This document shows, in pieces, positions 36,980 through 45,496 of a stretch of 46,575 nucleotides of DNA (its first letter is position 1; each line of letters opens with the position of its first letter). Location: IMG/VR virus record IMGVR_UViG_3300009529_000012, positions 1-46,575 of that record, one strand, 5' to 3'. Both the position numbers and the translations under genes were made by a program. Below the pieces are notes generated by a model that saw nothing but the letters and a program-made list of their open reading frames with translations, was not told where the DNA came from and did no database searches. The stretch comes from a virus. Taxonomy: Duplodnaviria; Caudoviricetes.

Positions 36980-37054
36980 AGGAAGTGGTGGAAGAGGTAA
37001 GCTGGAAGCTAACCCTTCCCAGATGATCTATGCTTGCCAAATCCACCACACTTC

Positions 37055-37077
37055 ATTGATTCAAAAATTGAACCAAT
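37055..37077. repeat. motif A palindrome copy
   Basis: ATTGATTCAA AAA TTGAACCAAT. Confidence 0.85.
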
Positions 37078-37082
37078 ACTGG

Positions 37083-37586
37083 TTAATCTGCATAAGATTC
37101 AATCGCAATCTCGCCTTCAGTCTCAAGTTCCTCAACACTCTTGAAACCGGCAAAAGGGTCTACACTATTAATCATCCTCTGGCCTTGTTGGTCGAGTCCC
37201 CGAGTCACATAGACATATCCTTCCATGTTCTCTTCAAGCATAACGTCTGTGCCTTCAACGATTCCGCCAAATTTCACTGTGAAGTCAGCAATCCTTTCCA
37301 TCTTGGCGTCGCTCACTTTCATGCCTATGCCGTCATACTTGCCCTCATCTGCCAAAGAAGGCCAGGGCAAGTACAATTTAAAGCGGCGACCATTTGCCTC
37401 TCCCTCTAGGAGACAAAGAGCAATTTCGAGATTGTCTCCAGCTTTTTCACTCTCAGGATCAGCTTGCTTCGCTTTGTTAGGGGCAATAGCAGGAGGGGCT
37501 GCAATTTTGGCTCTCTGCCAATCCTCCTCTAGCAGAATAGGCTCCTCTACGTCTTCAATAGGTTTACTAAATGTAAATGTTGGCAT
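37083..37586 (-). CDS. probable ssDNA-binding protein (DUF669-like)
   Basis: beta-rich 167 aa with an acidic tail, in a Sak4/exonuclease module. Confidence 0.5.
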   Translation of the reverse strand: MPTFTFSKPIEDVEEPILLEEDWQRAKIAAPPAIAPNKAKQADPESEKAGDNLEIALCLLEGEANGRRFKLYLPWPSLADEGKYDGIGMKVSDAKMERIADFTVKFGGIVEGTDVMLEENMEGYVYVTRGLDQQGQRMINSVDPFAGFKSVEELETEGEIAIESYAD

Positions 37587-37628
37587 TTTCTTCTTCTCCT
37601 CTCTTTTTAAAGAATTAATAGCTTCTAC

Positions 37629-37651
37629 ATTGATTCAATTATCGAATCAAT
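37629..37651. repeat. motif A palindrome copy
   Basis: ctac ATTGATTCAA TTA TCGAATCAAT. Confidence 0.85.
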
Positions 37652-37660
37652 CCTTCGGGC

Positions 37661-37870
37661 CTATACTACTTCCCAGTCCTTAGAAAATAGCTCAATCATA
37701 GTTTCTTTCCAAGGCACCATACCAAATCTACTTTCTACGTACAAGTACGGAGCAGTCATTTTGCTGTTCTTGTCAGGAAATTGTGCCTTGATTCTTACTT
37801 CCGGCGACCACTGGAAAAGACGCATAGCCTTTCCCTTTTTGACTTGTTCAAAAGCTTCTCCAAAGTTCAT
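37661..37870 (-). CDS. DUF2829 / Tad2-like protein
   Basis: MNFGEA....KKG....R..W ... VPW......L.S.DWEVV family signature. Confidence 0.7.
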   Translation of the reverse strand: MNFGEAFEQVKKGKAMRLFQWSPEVRIKAQFPDKNSKMTAPYLYVESRFGMVPWKETMIELFSKDWEVV

Positions 37871-37912
37871 GATTCTTTGCTCCTCTCTCTTTAAAGGGTT
37901 TATGGTTTCTAC

Positions 37913-37935
37913 ATTGATTCAAAAATTGAATCAAT
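37913..37935. repeat. motif A palindrome copy (perfect; supplies the stop of 37931..38239)
   Basis: ctac ATTGATTCAA AAA TTGAATCAAT. Confidence 0.9.
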
Positions 37936-38239
37936 CCTCCGGGTTTACTTGCTCACCTCCTCTCTTCTCAATGATTGTAGGAAATTCTCCGACAATTGCT
38001 TCTCTGATTACTCCAGCAGGCACATGAAACTCGCGTTTCACTTGTCTTGCTTTAAGAGTAACTTCTACCCAATCTCTGTTACCTTCATACTCAAGGATTC
38101 GTAGAACTCTTACTCTGTCCATTGGCTTCATCTCCTTTACCTTCATTTTACTCGAATCCAGAAACCATATCTCGCCTTCTGGAACCTTGTCACTGTATGT
38201 GATTTTCTGAAATCCTTCTCGTGGATCATCAAAGTCCAT
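37931..38239 (-). CDS. hypothetical protein
   Basis: RBS AAGGAG, operon packing. Confidence 0.55.
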   Translation of the reverse strand: MDFDDPREGFQKITYSDKVPEGEIWFLDSSKMKVKEMKPMDRVRVLRILEYEGNRDWVEVTLKARQVKREFHVPAGVIREAIVGEFPTIIEKRGGEQVNPED

Positions 38240-38242
38240 AGT

Positions 38243-38422
38243 CTACTCCTTCACTCTATTATTCCAACACTCTTCTGCCTTAGGCCACGTAGAACACGGT
38301 GGCCCTTTAGCTCCACAATTAGAGCATCTTATTGCACTGTCGCTCCACTCATCGAACAGGTCTGTGGCGACAGTTTCGAGCTCTTCCTTCTCTCCGCAAA
38401 ATGGACAGGGTTCAAGTTCCAT
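38243..38422 (-). CDS. Lar-family restriction alleviation-like protein (59 aa, not in ORF track)
   Basis: MELEPCPFCG...IRCSNCGAKGP......AEECWNNR. Confidence 0.7.
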   Translation of the reverse strand: MELEPCPFCGEKEELETVATDLFDEWSDSAIRCSNCGAKGPPCSTWPKAEECWNNRVKE

Positions 38423-38425
38423 AGT

Positions 38426-39310
38426 CTACTCCTTCTTTGGAAATCTTCTCTCCAGAAGGTCTCCAAAGCCTACAGCCTTCTTAGAGAAGTCAATTTCTAT
38501 AGGGTCTTCCCACCATCTCCCGAGTTGATTCAGTGTACTTTTAAGGAAGTCCCATCTTCCAGTTCCTGCCGTTGTCCGATAGTAACGGAGCTTTTCCTCG
38601 TCGTCATTGTGACGATGACAGAAATAACATTCATTGAACCAGCCAGGAATTTCCGTCCTCATTTTCCCTGTAGCCTTTGGCAGGAACTTGAGACCACCCA
38701 TCTCTTCATCCTCTATTATTTCTAAGTGTGCGGTAAGAAGGTAGTGGACAGGGAGACTCTTCAGAGAGAGAACATGGTCACTCACGTTCTTCATCTGGGG
38801 CATATAATGCTGCTTAGCAGGGGCACCACCAAGTCCCCTCTTGGGGTCAAGAAGCAGACTCCAGTTCATACAGTAGCGGAGCATTTGCGTTAGGCCATCC
38901 TCCACAATTCCATCGTAGGGGAAGGACTTTGCCCTGACTTGGCTCCAAATTTCCCTTCTAATATCCTCAGCTTTCATCCACGCCTTAGGACTCTTCGGAT
39001 CAGCATCATAGCAGTCGAGAGTCTCTATGTGAGGGAGTCCAGCAAGTGTCTCCTTCCTTCCATCATAGTCAATGACAAGCAACTTTCCTGGAAGGGTGGA
39101 GGCACTTTGAGTCTTTCCTGTCCCACTTGGACCAGCGAGCATCGCTTTGATTTTATAATTCTCAAGAGTGATGTCTGTTGCAGGAGTCGCACTCTCGAGA
39201 ATACTCTTTTTCCTAGTCCCAGGTGCTTTGTTTGCAATTTCTCCAACTTTCGTAGCTAGCGCTGTTTGCACATTCCGCTTAGGCGGATTCGTTGTCAGTG
39301 GCGTTGGCAT
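38426..39310 (-). CDS. Sak4-like AAA ATPase / ssDNA annealing protein
   Basis: GPSGTGKT, VIDYDG, IVEDGLT, LLTAH motifs. Confidence 0.75.
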   Translation of the reverse strand: MPTPLTTNPPKRNVQTALATKVGEIANKAPGTRKKSILESATPATDITLENYKIKAMLAGPSGTGKTQSASTLPGKLLVIDYDGRKETLAGLPHIETLDCYDADPKSPKAWMKAEDIRREIWSQVRAKSFPYDGIVEDGLTQMLRYCMNWSLLLDPKRGLGGAPAKQHYMPQMKNVSDHVLSLKSLPVHYLLTAHLEIIEDEEMGGLKFLPKATGKMRTEIPGWFNECYFCHRHNDDEEKLRYYRTTAGTGRWDFLKSTLNQLGRWWEDPIEIDFSKKAVGFGDLLERRFPKKE

Positions 39311-39482
39311 TTTCTTCCTCCCTCAAGTAGTTTTTTAATCCATCTGCCCACCCTTTCTGGTAAGCAAGTCTCTTTTCACGTGCGGCACAAATGCCACAGG
39401 AAACAACTTCAAGGCGACTATCGTCGTAGTATATTGTTAGAGAACCTCCACAATCTACACAGACTATATGTACAGTTGCCAT
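39279..39482 (-). CDS. Zn-ribbon small protein (paralog family)
   Basis: CVDCG..L...EVVSCGIC...AYQKG..DG. Confidence 0.6.
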   Translation of the reverse strand: MATVHIVCVDCGGSLTIYYDDSRLEVVSCGICAAREKRLAYQKGWADGLKNYLREEENANATDNESA

Positions 39483-39727
39483 TACTTCTCCTTTCCTATG
39501 TTCTCTACATAGTCATGTGCTTCTTTAAGGGAGTGGAAGTATTGAGTTCCTCTTCCGGTACCTTCATAGTAAACTCCTATACGCTCTGATATGCGTCCAG
39601 TCTCGTAGTGCCATAGGTTAAGGCTAATATCGATAGCTAGTCCTTCTCCCACCTTCTTCCCAAGGGCTTTTCTAAGTCTACGAAGCCCTGCCAAGGTTAC
39701 GTTATTAGGTAGTAGTTTGTTTTTCAT
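39482..39727 (-). CDS. hypothetical protein
   Basis: RBS and operon packing. Confidence 0.55.
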   Translation of the reverse strand: MKNKLLPNNVTLAGLRRLRKALGKKVGEGLAIDISLNLWHYETGRISERIGVYYEGTGRGTQYFHSLKEAHDYVENIGKEK

Positions 39728-39917
39728 TGGTCTTCTCCTTTCTTCCTTTATTTTTCATCCACCAAGCAATAGCTTCGAGTTCTTCTGCCTCAAAACAGCC
39801 ATCAAGGGTAGCATAGTCTTCTCCGTCTAGCCACTCAAGATACCAGCTAAGATCATAGAGACAGTTGTCTCCTTCTACAGCTTCTGATAGAAGCTCTCTC
39901 GCCTTCTTTTCATCCAT
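39705..39917 (-). CDS. hypothetical acidic protein
   Basis: start reassigned to MDEKK after AGGAG. Confidence 0.5.
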   Translation of the reverse strand: MDEKKARELLSEAVEGDNCLYDLSWYLEWLDGEDYATLDGCFEAEELEAIAWWMKNKGRKEKTNEKQTTT

Positions 39918-39919
39918 CC

Positions 39920-40861
39920 CTACTCTTCTCCTTTCCGAGTCCAAGGACTCCATTTTTCCTTCCTCCAAGTGTACTGTTCACTCATGTTATAGGTCTCCTC
40001 AAGAGTCCACGGCTCCATCTCCTGGAGACAGAGGGGCTTGTAGAGACATGGGGAGAGTCCTGGGCCACCTGCACAGGAGTATGGATTTCTTTCTCCACAT
40101 TTTGGCCAACTCCATCTGTCCCACTCCCTCCTGATGTCGTCAGCAATTCCCACAGTCTCCTTCATAAATTCTGCAATCCTCCATTCACTTCTCGTTTGCA
40201 GCTCCCTGGAGAAGCGGAGCATGTTGTCTTTGCGAGGTCTCTTGGAAGAGATGTTCATCAGGATACCAAAGGGCTTCTCGACAATTTGATGAAGTGCCCA
40301 GATGTAGCCAGTTACTTGAGAGACGTGACTCCACTGGGCCATATAGGATGGGGTAATGTAGCCTCCTGGGGCCTTGTCCTCTCGGGCCATCACTCCATAA
40401 GGAGACCACTCCACATAGGAGTCAAGACTCCCAGCATAGTAGATGTCTGTATGAGGAACTGGGAAACGGAAACCAACCTCCTCTCCCTCTAGCACTTGGA
40501 GCCACTGTTCTTCTTCTCCATAGGACTCTACATAGTAGTCAAACATAGCTATAAGTCCTTCCCAAGTGTCATTAGGCCTATTTTCAAATATCTCTACTAC
40601 TTCAGAGTCCCAGACTTTCTTCCCTGCAAGAAGCGCAGTCACTTTCCTTATTTCAAGAGGCTTCTCTCTGTTGGAGGCAGAATGCCAAGAGTTAAGTACT
40701 GCTCCCCAGGCACGTCCGTAGACAAAGTAGGATGGAGTTCTTCGATAGTCGAGGCCACGAAGGAACCAATACTCTGCCCTCGGGCATTTCAGGTAGTTAG
40801 TAATAAGGGTATTGTCAAAGGTATCTGGAGGTCCTCCTTCCTTTAATTCTATATCTTTCAT
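39920..40861 (-). CDS. PD-(D/E)XK Cas4/RecB-like exonuclease
   Basis: YLKCPR, GSLD...EDK, QVTGY, C-terminal C...C.Y..LC. Confidence 0.8.
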   Translation of the reverse strand: MKDIELKEGGPPDTFDNTLITNYLKCPRAEYWFLRGLDYRRTPSYFVYGRAWGAVLNSWHSASNREKPLEIRKVTALLAGKKVWDSEVVEIFENRPNDTWEGLIAMFDYYVESYGEEEQWLQVLEGEEVGFRFPVPHTDIYYAGSLDSYVEWSPYGVMAREDKAPGGYITPSYMAQWSHVSQVTGYIWALHQIVEKPFGILMNISSKRPRKDNMLRFSRELQTRSEWRIAEFMKETVGIADDIRREWDRWSWPKCGERNPYSCAGGPGLSPCLYKPLCLQEMEPWTLEETYNMSEQYTWRKEKWSPWTRKGEE

Positions 40862-41067
40862 GTTTTCTTCTCCTTTCCTGATTCAGTCAGAAAGCTCTTC
40901 ACACTTTCAGGGTCTACCTCAAACTCTCTTGCATCAGCACCATCAAGAGCCGCCTCCTCTGCTGCTTCCATACAAGCCTCACAAGGTTCCACTTCAATTG
41001 TATTTCCCATAGGAAGCTTCTCCACTTCTAAGAGAGCACTACAAGCTGCGCATCTGTAGGTTGTCAT
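40858..41067 (-). CDS. Zn-ribbon small protein (paralog family)
   Basis: CAAC..LL...IEVEPCEAC....E.A..DG. Confidence 0.6.
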   Translation of the reverse strand: MTTYRCAACSALLEVEKLPMGNTIEVEPCEACMEAAEEAALDGADAREFEVDPESVKSFLTESGKEKKT

Positions 41068-41091
41068 GGCTTTTCTCCTTTCTTTTTCTCC

Positions 41092-41114
41092 TTTGATTCA
41101 AAAAATGAATCAAT
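41092..41114. repeat. motif A palindrome copy
   Basis: minus strand taa-ctac ATTGATTCAT TTT TTGAATCAAA. Confidence 0.85.
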
Positions 41115-41118
41115 GTAG

Positions 41119-41403
41119 TTACTTGTCCAACGCACTGTCGAGGAGTGAAAACATTTTAAGAAAGGCAAGTAGAACTTCTTTGCCTCTTAGTCTTGCTTTT
41201 CCAAAAGTATAAAAGCATCCTATTATGTAGTTTTTGAAAGCCTCATCAAGTTCAAAGGTAGAGGTGATTTTAAATAACTCAATCTGGTCATTCTCTGTTA
41301 GAGGTTTTAGTTTAGCCTTTGCTTCTGGAAACTTCTCCTGCAGCTCAGCTTTAAACTTCTCAAATTCTGTTATGTACTCTGCTACTTTACCTGTGGCGAT
41401 CAT
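41119..41403 (-). CDS. hypothetical protein
   Basis: RBS AGGAG, ATGA overlap. Confidence 0.55.
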   Translation of the reverse strand: MIATGKVAEYITEFEKFKAELQEKFPEAKAKLKPLTENDQIELFKITSTFELDEAFKNYIIGCFYTFGKARLRGKEVLLAFLKMFSLLDSALDK

Positions 41404-41541
41404 AATTTCTTCTCCTTTCTCCCCTCCTCCTTGGAGAGGGGATTAAAGGGACAATACCAGCAAGTGAATGACGGCCATTGCTTTTTCGCTGCTTCTCTCA
41501 AGCAGGTGTCGTAATGACTACACCATTCATGCCTGTGCTTA

Positions 41542-41811
41542 TCATCCCTCTTGCTTATTGTTAGTGTTGGCCAAATTCTCGGATTCCTTTCTTTCATCCT
41601 CTTTCTCTGCAAACTGAGCTGTTTGTTCTGCAAAACTATTTAGACCACTAAGAACACCAGGCTCTAGATATATTCTATTTGTAGCAAATCCTATTCTGTG
41701 GTCATTAGCATGAAGCCATATTCCATAGCCATTATGAATAGCATAAACACCATCCCCTAAATATGTTGCTGGTCTTTCGACTCCATTGAAATTTATAATC
41801 TCCAGTTTCAT
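41542..41811 (-). CDS. hypothetical phage protein
   Basis: YLGDGVY...IWL...IYLEP.V motif common in small phage ORFs. Confidence 0.6.
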   Translation of the reverse strand: MKLEIINFNGVERPATYLGDGVYAIHNGYGIWLHANDHRIGFATNRIYLEPGVLSGLNSFAEQTAQFAEKEDERKESENLANTNNKQEG

Positions 41812-42213
41812 ATCACTTCTCTACTTTCCCTCTACTTTTTCAAGAGGTGCTCCTACTTTCGTAGGAGGTGCTGGTCTAAAAGTTCTTGAGTCATTTGGAG
41901 GATGCGGTCTAAATTATACATATAACTTCTCGCGAGAGCCTTGGCAGTATCTTTGTACGTAGATATATAGTCCTCTTTGTTATCCTCGAGGGCTTCCTTC
42001 CTCCACTTCCTAAGGGTTCTTTCGCTTAAGGCCATGTTCTTCTTCTCCTTTCATACCTGCTAAAGCATCCTTGTAGCATTCTTCACAGGCCGGGCTATTT
42101 GGATCGTACTTTCCATCATGAGGACATACTTCTGGATTTTTCCATCCAGTACAATCGTCATTTGCGCTTTCTTGGACTGTTATATCTTTGTTCACGAGTG
42201 TCACCTCCTCTCC

Positions 42214-42236
42214 ATTGATTCAAAAAATGAATCAAT
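42214..42236. repeat. motif A palindrome copy
   Basis: ATTGATTCAA AAA ATGAATCAAT atag. Confidence 0.85.
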
Positions 42237-42243
42237 ATAGTTT

Positions 42244-42663
42244 TTATTCTCCCATCACTCTACCATATTCTGCAAGAATAATACTCAGGGCAGTGAAGCT
42301 GTGTTCCTCATTCATTACAAGCACAGAGATAACTTCCCTTGGACGAGAAGCGTTAATTAGTGTTTCTACAATAGCACCAAGATGCTTTTCAACATTCCTT
42401 GTCTGAGTTGCCGCAGTTATGTTGACCAAAGTAGCCTTCACCTTCCCTACAAGGAGGAGAGTGTTGAATACTTTAATAGTGTAAGTAGACTTAGCTCCTG
42501 TAAGGTGGAAGTAGTCATAAAATAGCCAGCGGAGGTGCTCTGCCTCCTCTGGAGAGGAAGTAGAAATAGAGAGAACTTTCTCTTTGTCAAGTTCCTCCAA
42601 CCGAGAAAGGTATTTCTCTATCTCTACGTACTTCTCTTCATTATACTCTTTACTGTAGGGCAT
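42244..42663 (-). CDS. hypothetical protein
   Basis: 139-aa ORF with RBS. Confidence 0.6.
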   Translation of the reverse strand: MPYSKEYNEEKYVEIEKYLSRLEELDKEKVLSISTSSPEEAEHLRWLFYDYFHLTGAKSTYTIKVFNTLLLVGKVKATLVNITAATQTRNVEKHLGAIVETLINASRPREVISVLVMNEEHSFTALSIILAEYGRVMGE

Positions 42664-42997
42664 TCTACTTCTCCCTCAGGGTCAATAGAATTTCCCCCAT
42701 AGTTTCACAATCAATTCGTTCAATAGTCCTTCCTACTAAAAACTCTGCAGATACTTCTTGATTTCGTTGAACGTCTCTAAAAGTAGGAGAGGAAAACTTA
42801 ATCTCGCCATATTTATCAACTTCTACATAAAAATCTATTCTGACCTGTTCACTCATTTTTTCGCCTCCTTCTTTCTATTGCCCAAGGGCAGTCCAGAGAA
42901 TATTCTTTTGTGCAGACAAATGGGCCACTGATGTCAGAGCCACAGGCACAGACGCATTCTTTTTTCTCTGTCGGATAGAATTCACAGTTTTCCTCTG

Positions 42998-43384
42998 TCA
43001 CAGTTTTATCTCCTTCAGATTGTCAAGTTGTTCTGGAGAGAGAGTCATCATTTTCTCGAAGAGGCGTGCTCTTTCTTCCCTCTCAAGAGTAGCAGGACTT
43101 TTAGTAATAATGATAGGAGCAATTAGCTTTCTCTGGAGAATGTATTTGTAGTTGGCAAGGAGATTGAATTGTTTCTCTCTGGTTTCTAAGAGTTCTCTGA
43201 TTTCTTTAAGACCTCTGGAAAGAATGATAAGTTCTCGAGAAGTAGTGTTTATTTCTGCGAGGACTTCTTCTTGAGTTTCTGGGAGGACTGCAAGAGCCTT
43301 TTGCCTTTCTTCCTCTTTAGCAAATCTGCGAGCCTTCTCCTCCATTAAGGAGGGAGCGTTGGTTATGTTTATTAATTTGTCCAT
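42998..43384 (-). CDS. coiled-coil hypothetical protein
   Basis: 128-aa ORF with RBS AAGGAG. Confidence 0.6.
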   Translation of the reverse strand: MDKLINITNAPSLMEEKARRFAKEEERQKALAVLPETQEEVLAEINTTSRELIILSRGLKEIRELLETREKQFNLLANYKYILQRKLIAPIIITKSPATLEREERARLFEKMMTLSPEQLDNLKEIKL

Positions 43385-44104
43385 TTTCTACTCCTTCCCC
43401 GTGAGGCGGCGTCTTGCGACTACTTCCTTCAGTTGCTGTAGGCCTACGACTATGGCATTTCTCTCCTCTTGTGTTATTACTCCCTTCAGGGAATACTCCT
43501 TGTCTCTTCCTCTTATAGGAACTATGCGCTCGAGGAGGTTTCGGAGGAGGAGTGCTCTCTCTGCGTATTGGAGTGTTAGGTTCCCATTCATTTTGTCTCC
43601 TTTCCGAATCTTTTCTTTAGTTGATATTCTATGTATTTCATCATATTACTTTTACTGAAATCTGTTCTCTTGCTTTTGAGATAGTCGTGTCTTTTAACCA
43701 GTTGCTCTTCACTCATTGATCGGAGTCTGTTCTTGTCAACTGTGTTCATTAGTCTCACCTCCCTCCTATTTCTTCCATTGTTTCAGCATCTACGATTTGA
43801 TACCAGTTGTCCCCTGTTTGCCTTCCTGCTTCTCTTGCTTCCTCAAAGGAGTCAAAGTCCTGAATGAAATCTTCCCATCCGCCTCCTGGGTAATAAAAGT
43901 CACCCGTGAATAGTAGAAATCTTTTCATCAGTCCTCCTTCTCTTGGAAGTAAAGGAGGAAGTCGTGTTTTCTAAGAGCGTTCGGCTCAAACTCCAATACG
44001 CAAGTAGCTCTGTGAGGAGGCACTAACTTTCCATTACTCTCTACTCGTACTACTGGAAAACAGGTAGAGTCAATTTTTACTTTTAGCATTCTTTTTCACC
44101 TCCC

Positions 44105-44308
44105 TCATTCCTTTCTTAATTCACTGGCCATTGCTGCAATTAAATCCAGTCTTTCTCCTATGCTGAGATCGAACGTAACTTCGGCATAGACTTCATCTCG
44201 AGGAGTTATTTTCATTATCACTTGGTCACTGTCCTCGGTTTTATAGCCTATGACTTTGACGTCACATACTACGTAGGAAGATGGGCCTGTACGTATTGAT
44301 AATTCCAT
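44105..44308 (-). CDS. hypothetical protein
   Basis: first ORF after the promoter at 44366-44394. Confidence 0.55.
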   Translation of the reverse strand: MELSIRTGPSSYVVCDVKVIGYKTEDSDQVIMKITPRDEVYAEVTFDLSIGERLDLIAAMASELRKE

Positions 44309-44365
44309 AGTCCTTGTCTCCTCTCCCCTTCTTTGCGTAAAGGGCGTTTTTTAATCTTGAACATC

Positions 44366-44394
44366 ATTGTACCACAAAATTATGGTGTTGTCAT
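44366..44394 (-). promoter_or_regulatory. sigma70-type promoter for the middle/replication operon
   Basis: ATGACA-17 nt-TACAAT with extended -10 TG. Confidence 0.6.
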
Positions 44395-44417
44395 TGTTTG
44401 GAGTAATTTTGTTTGTG

Positions 44418-44500
44418 CTACATTGATTCAATTTTTGAATCACTGGGTCAATATGAACCATCCAAAATAGGCCAGTGATTCAAAAATTGAATCAATGTAG
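44418..44500. repeat. 83-bp inverted doublet of motif A (perfect 29-bp arms, 25-bp spacer)
   Basis: CTACATTGATTCAATTTTTGAATCACTGG ... CCAGTGATTCAAAAATTGAATCAATGTAG. Confidence 0.95.
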
Positions 44501-44507
44501 AAAGAGG

Positions 44508-44545
44508 AAGAGACAAACTCCTCTCGGCATAAGGAGCCTGTCTCT
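44508..44545 (-). terminator. hairpin terminating the first early operon
   Basis: minus strand AGAGACAGGCTCCT-loop-AGGAGTTTGTCTCT, 14 bp with two G-U pairs; T tract on the + side, so possibly bidirectional. Confidence 0.6.
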
Positions 44546-44620
44546 TTTTTGGGGTAGGAGTTTGGCAGGTCTTTAGTCTGCCAGTTACATGACTTCACCT
44601 CCTCTCTTTAGGGAGTGTTG

Positions 44621-44860
44621 TTATTCGTTGCCTGGAGTTCTCTCCCACCACTTATTTTTAGCGGGTGCTGTTTCATCGTTTTCTAAAATATTGTCCTGGG
44701 TGAAAATACATCCGCAGGGACACCAAGCAACAAAAGCTAAATCTGTGTCTTCAAAGCTTCCTGGTTGCATTGCTGCCACTTTCGGATAGCCACAGCTTGG
44801 ACATGTCTTACTGTTGGACATGACTATTCCATAGCCTAATGCGTCTTTGTGTAGTGTCAT
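44621..44860 (-). CDS. Zn-ribbon hypothetical protein
   Basis: CPSCG...CPCGC; RBS GAGGAG. Confidence 0.55.
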   Translation of the reverse strand: MTLHKDALGYGIVMSNSKTCPSCGYPKVAAMQPGSFEDTDLAFVAWCPCGCIFTQDNILENDETAPAKNKWWERTPGNE

Positions 44861-44924
44861 TTTGTCTCCTCTCTTTCTCAATTAAGTCTGTCTGCATGGA
44901 TTGCGTTAGTTGTTGTGGTTTATG

Positions 44925-45404
44925 TTATAAAAGTCCCTGTTTTTCGAGCTCTTCCATTTTAGCCAATTTCGCTTCCAATTCAGCTTGGGAGCCGCCACCA
45001 TACTTGTCAACCATTGTGTCAAGTTTCTTGGCTTTGGTCTTGACACCTTCCCCTGCGACACGTGCGCCGACTTTGTAATTGTCAGCCATCGCTTGCATGT
45101 TCGCATGGCCTTCAGGTTTCAGAGTCCCGTCTTCTGTGAAACCGACTTCTTTGTAGTCCGGGCGAGTTGTCAGCTGCCTGACTCCTGACTCGATAAGAGT
45201 CACAAGGTCGCAGTCGTAACGTTCTTGGCACTCGTCAGAAATGGACTTGAGTTCATCAATGATGCCAGTTGTCGGTAGGAGCCAGTAGACTTCGTATTTC
45301 GTGTCACTCCCCCGGTCAAAGCCGATGTTTGTGTGAAGATAAATTTTTCCATCGTCTGGCTTGTCTCCTGCAATGTGCTCAATTTCTCTTTTTTCTTCTG
45401 CCAT
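44925..45404 (-). CDS. early hypothetical protein enclosed by a 22-bp inverted repeat
   Basis: RBS AAGGAG; arms 45429-45450 and 44879-44900. Confidence 0.75.
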   Translation of the reverse strand: MAEEKREIEHIAGDKPDDGKIYLHTNIGFDRGSDTKYEVYWLLPTTGIIDELKSISDECQERYDCDLVTLIESGVRQLTTRPDYKEVGFTEDGTLKPEGHANMQAMADNYKVGARVAGEGVKTKAKKLDTMVDKYGGGSQAELEAKLAKMEELEKQGLL

Positions 45405-45496
45405 ATTAATACTCCTTTGTGGGTATTTTCCATGCAGGCAGACTTAATTGTCAAAAAGTCCCAAAGTATGACTTATTGTATGGCATCAGTAATGTT

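Noticed and set aside
44418-44500. Doublets as protelomerase (telRL) sites
   Set aside because: They have a 25-bp non-palindromic centre, occur twice internally, and no protelomerase or tyrosine recombinase is recognisable.
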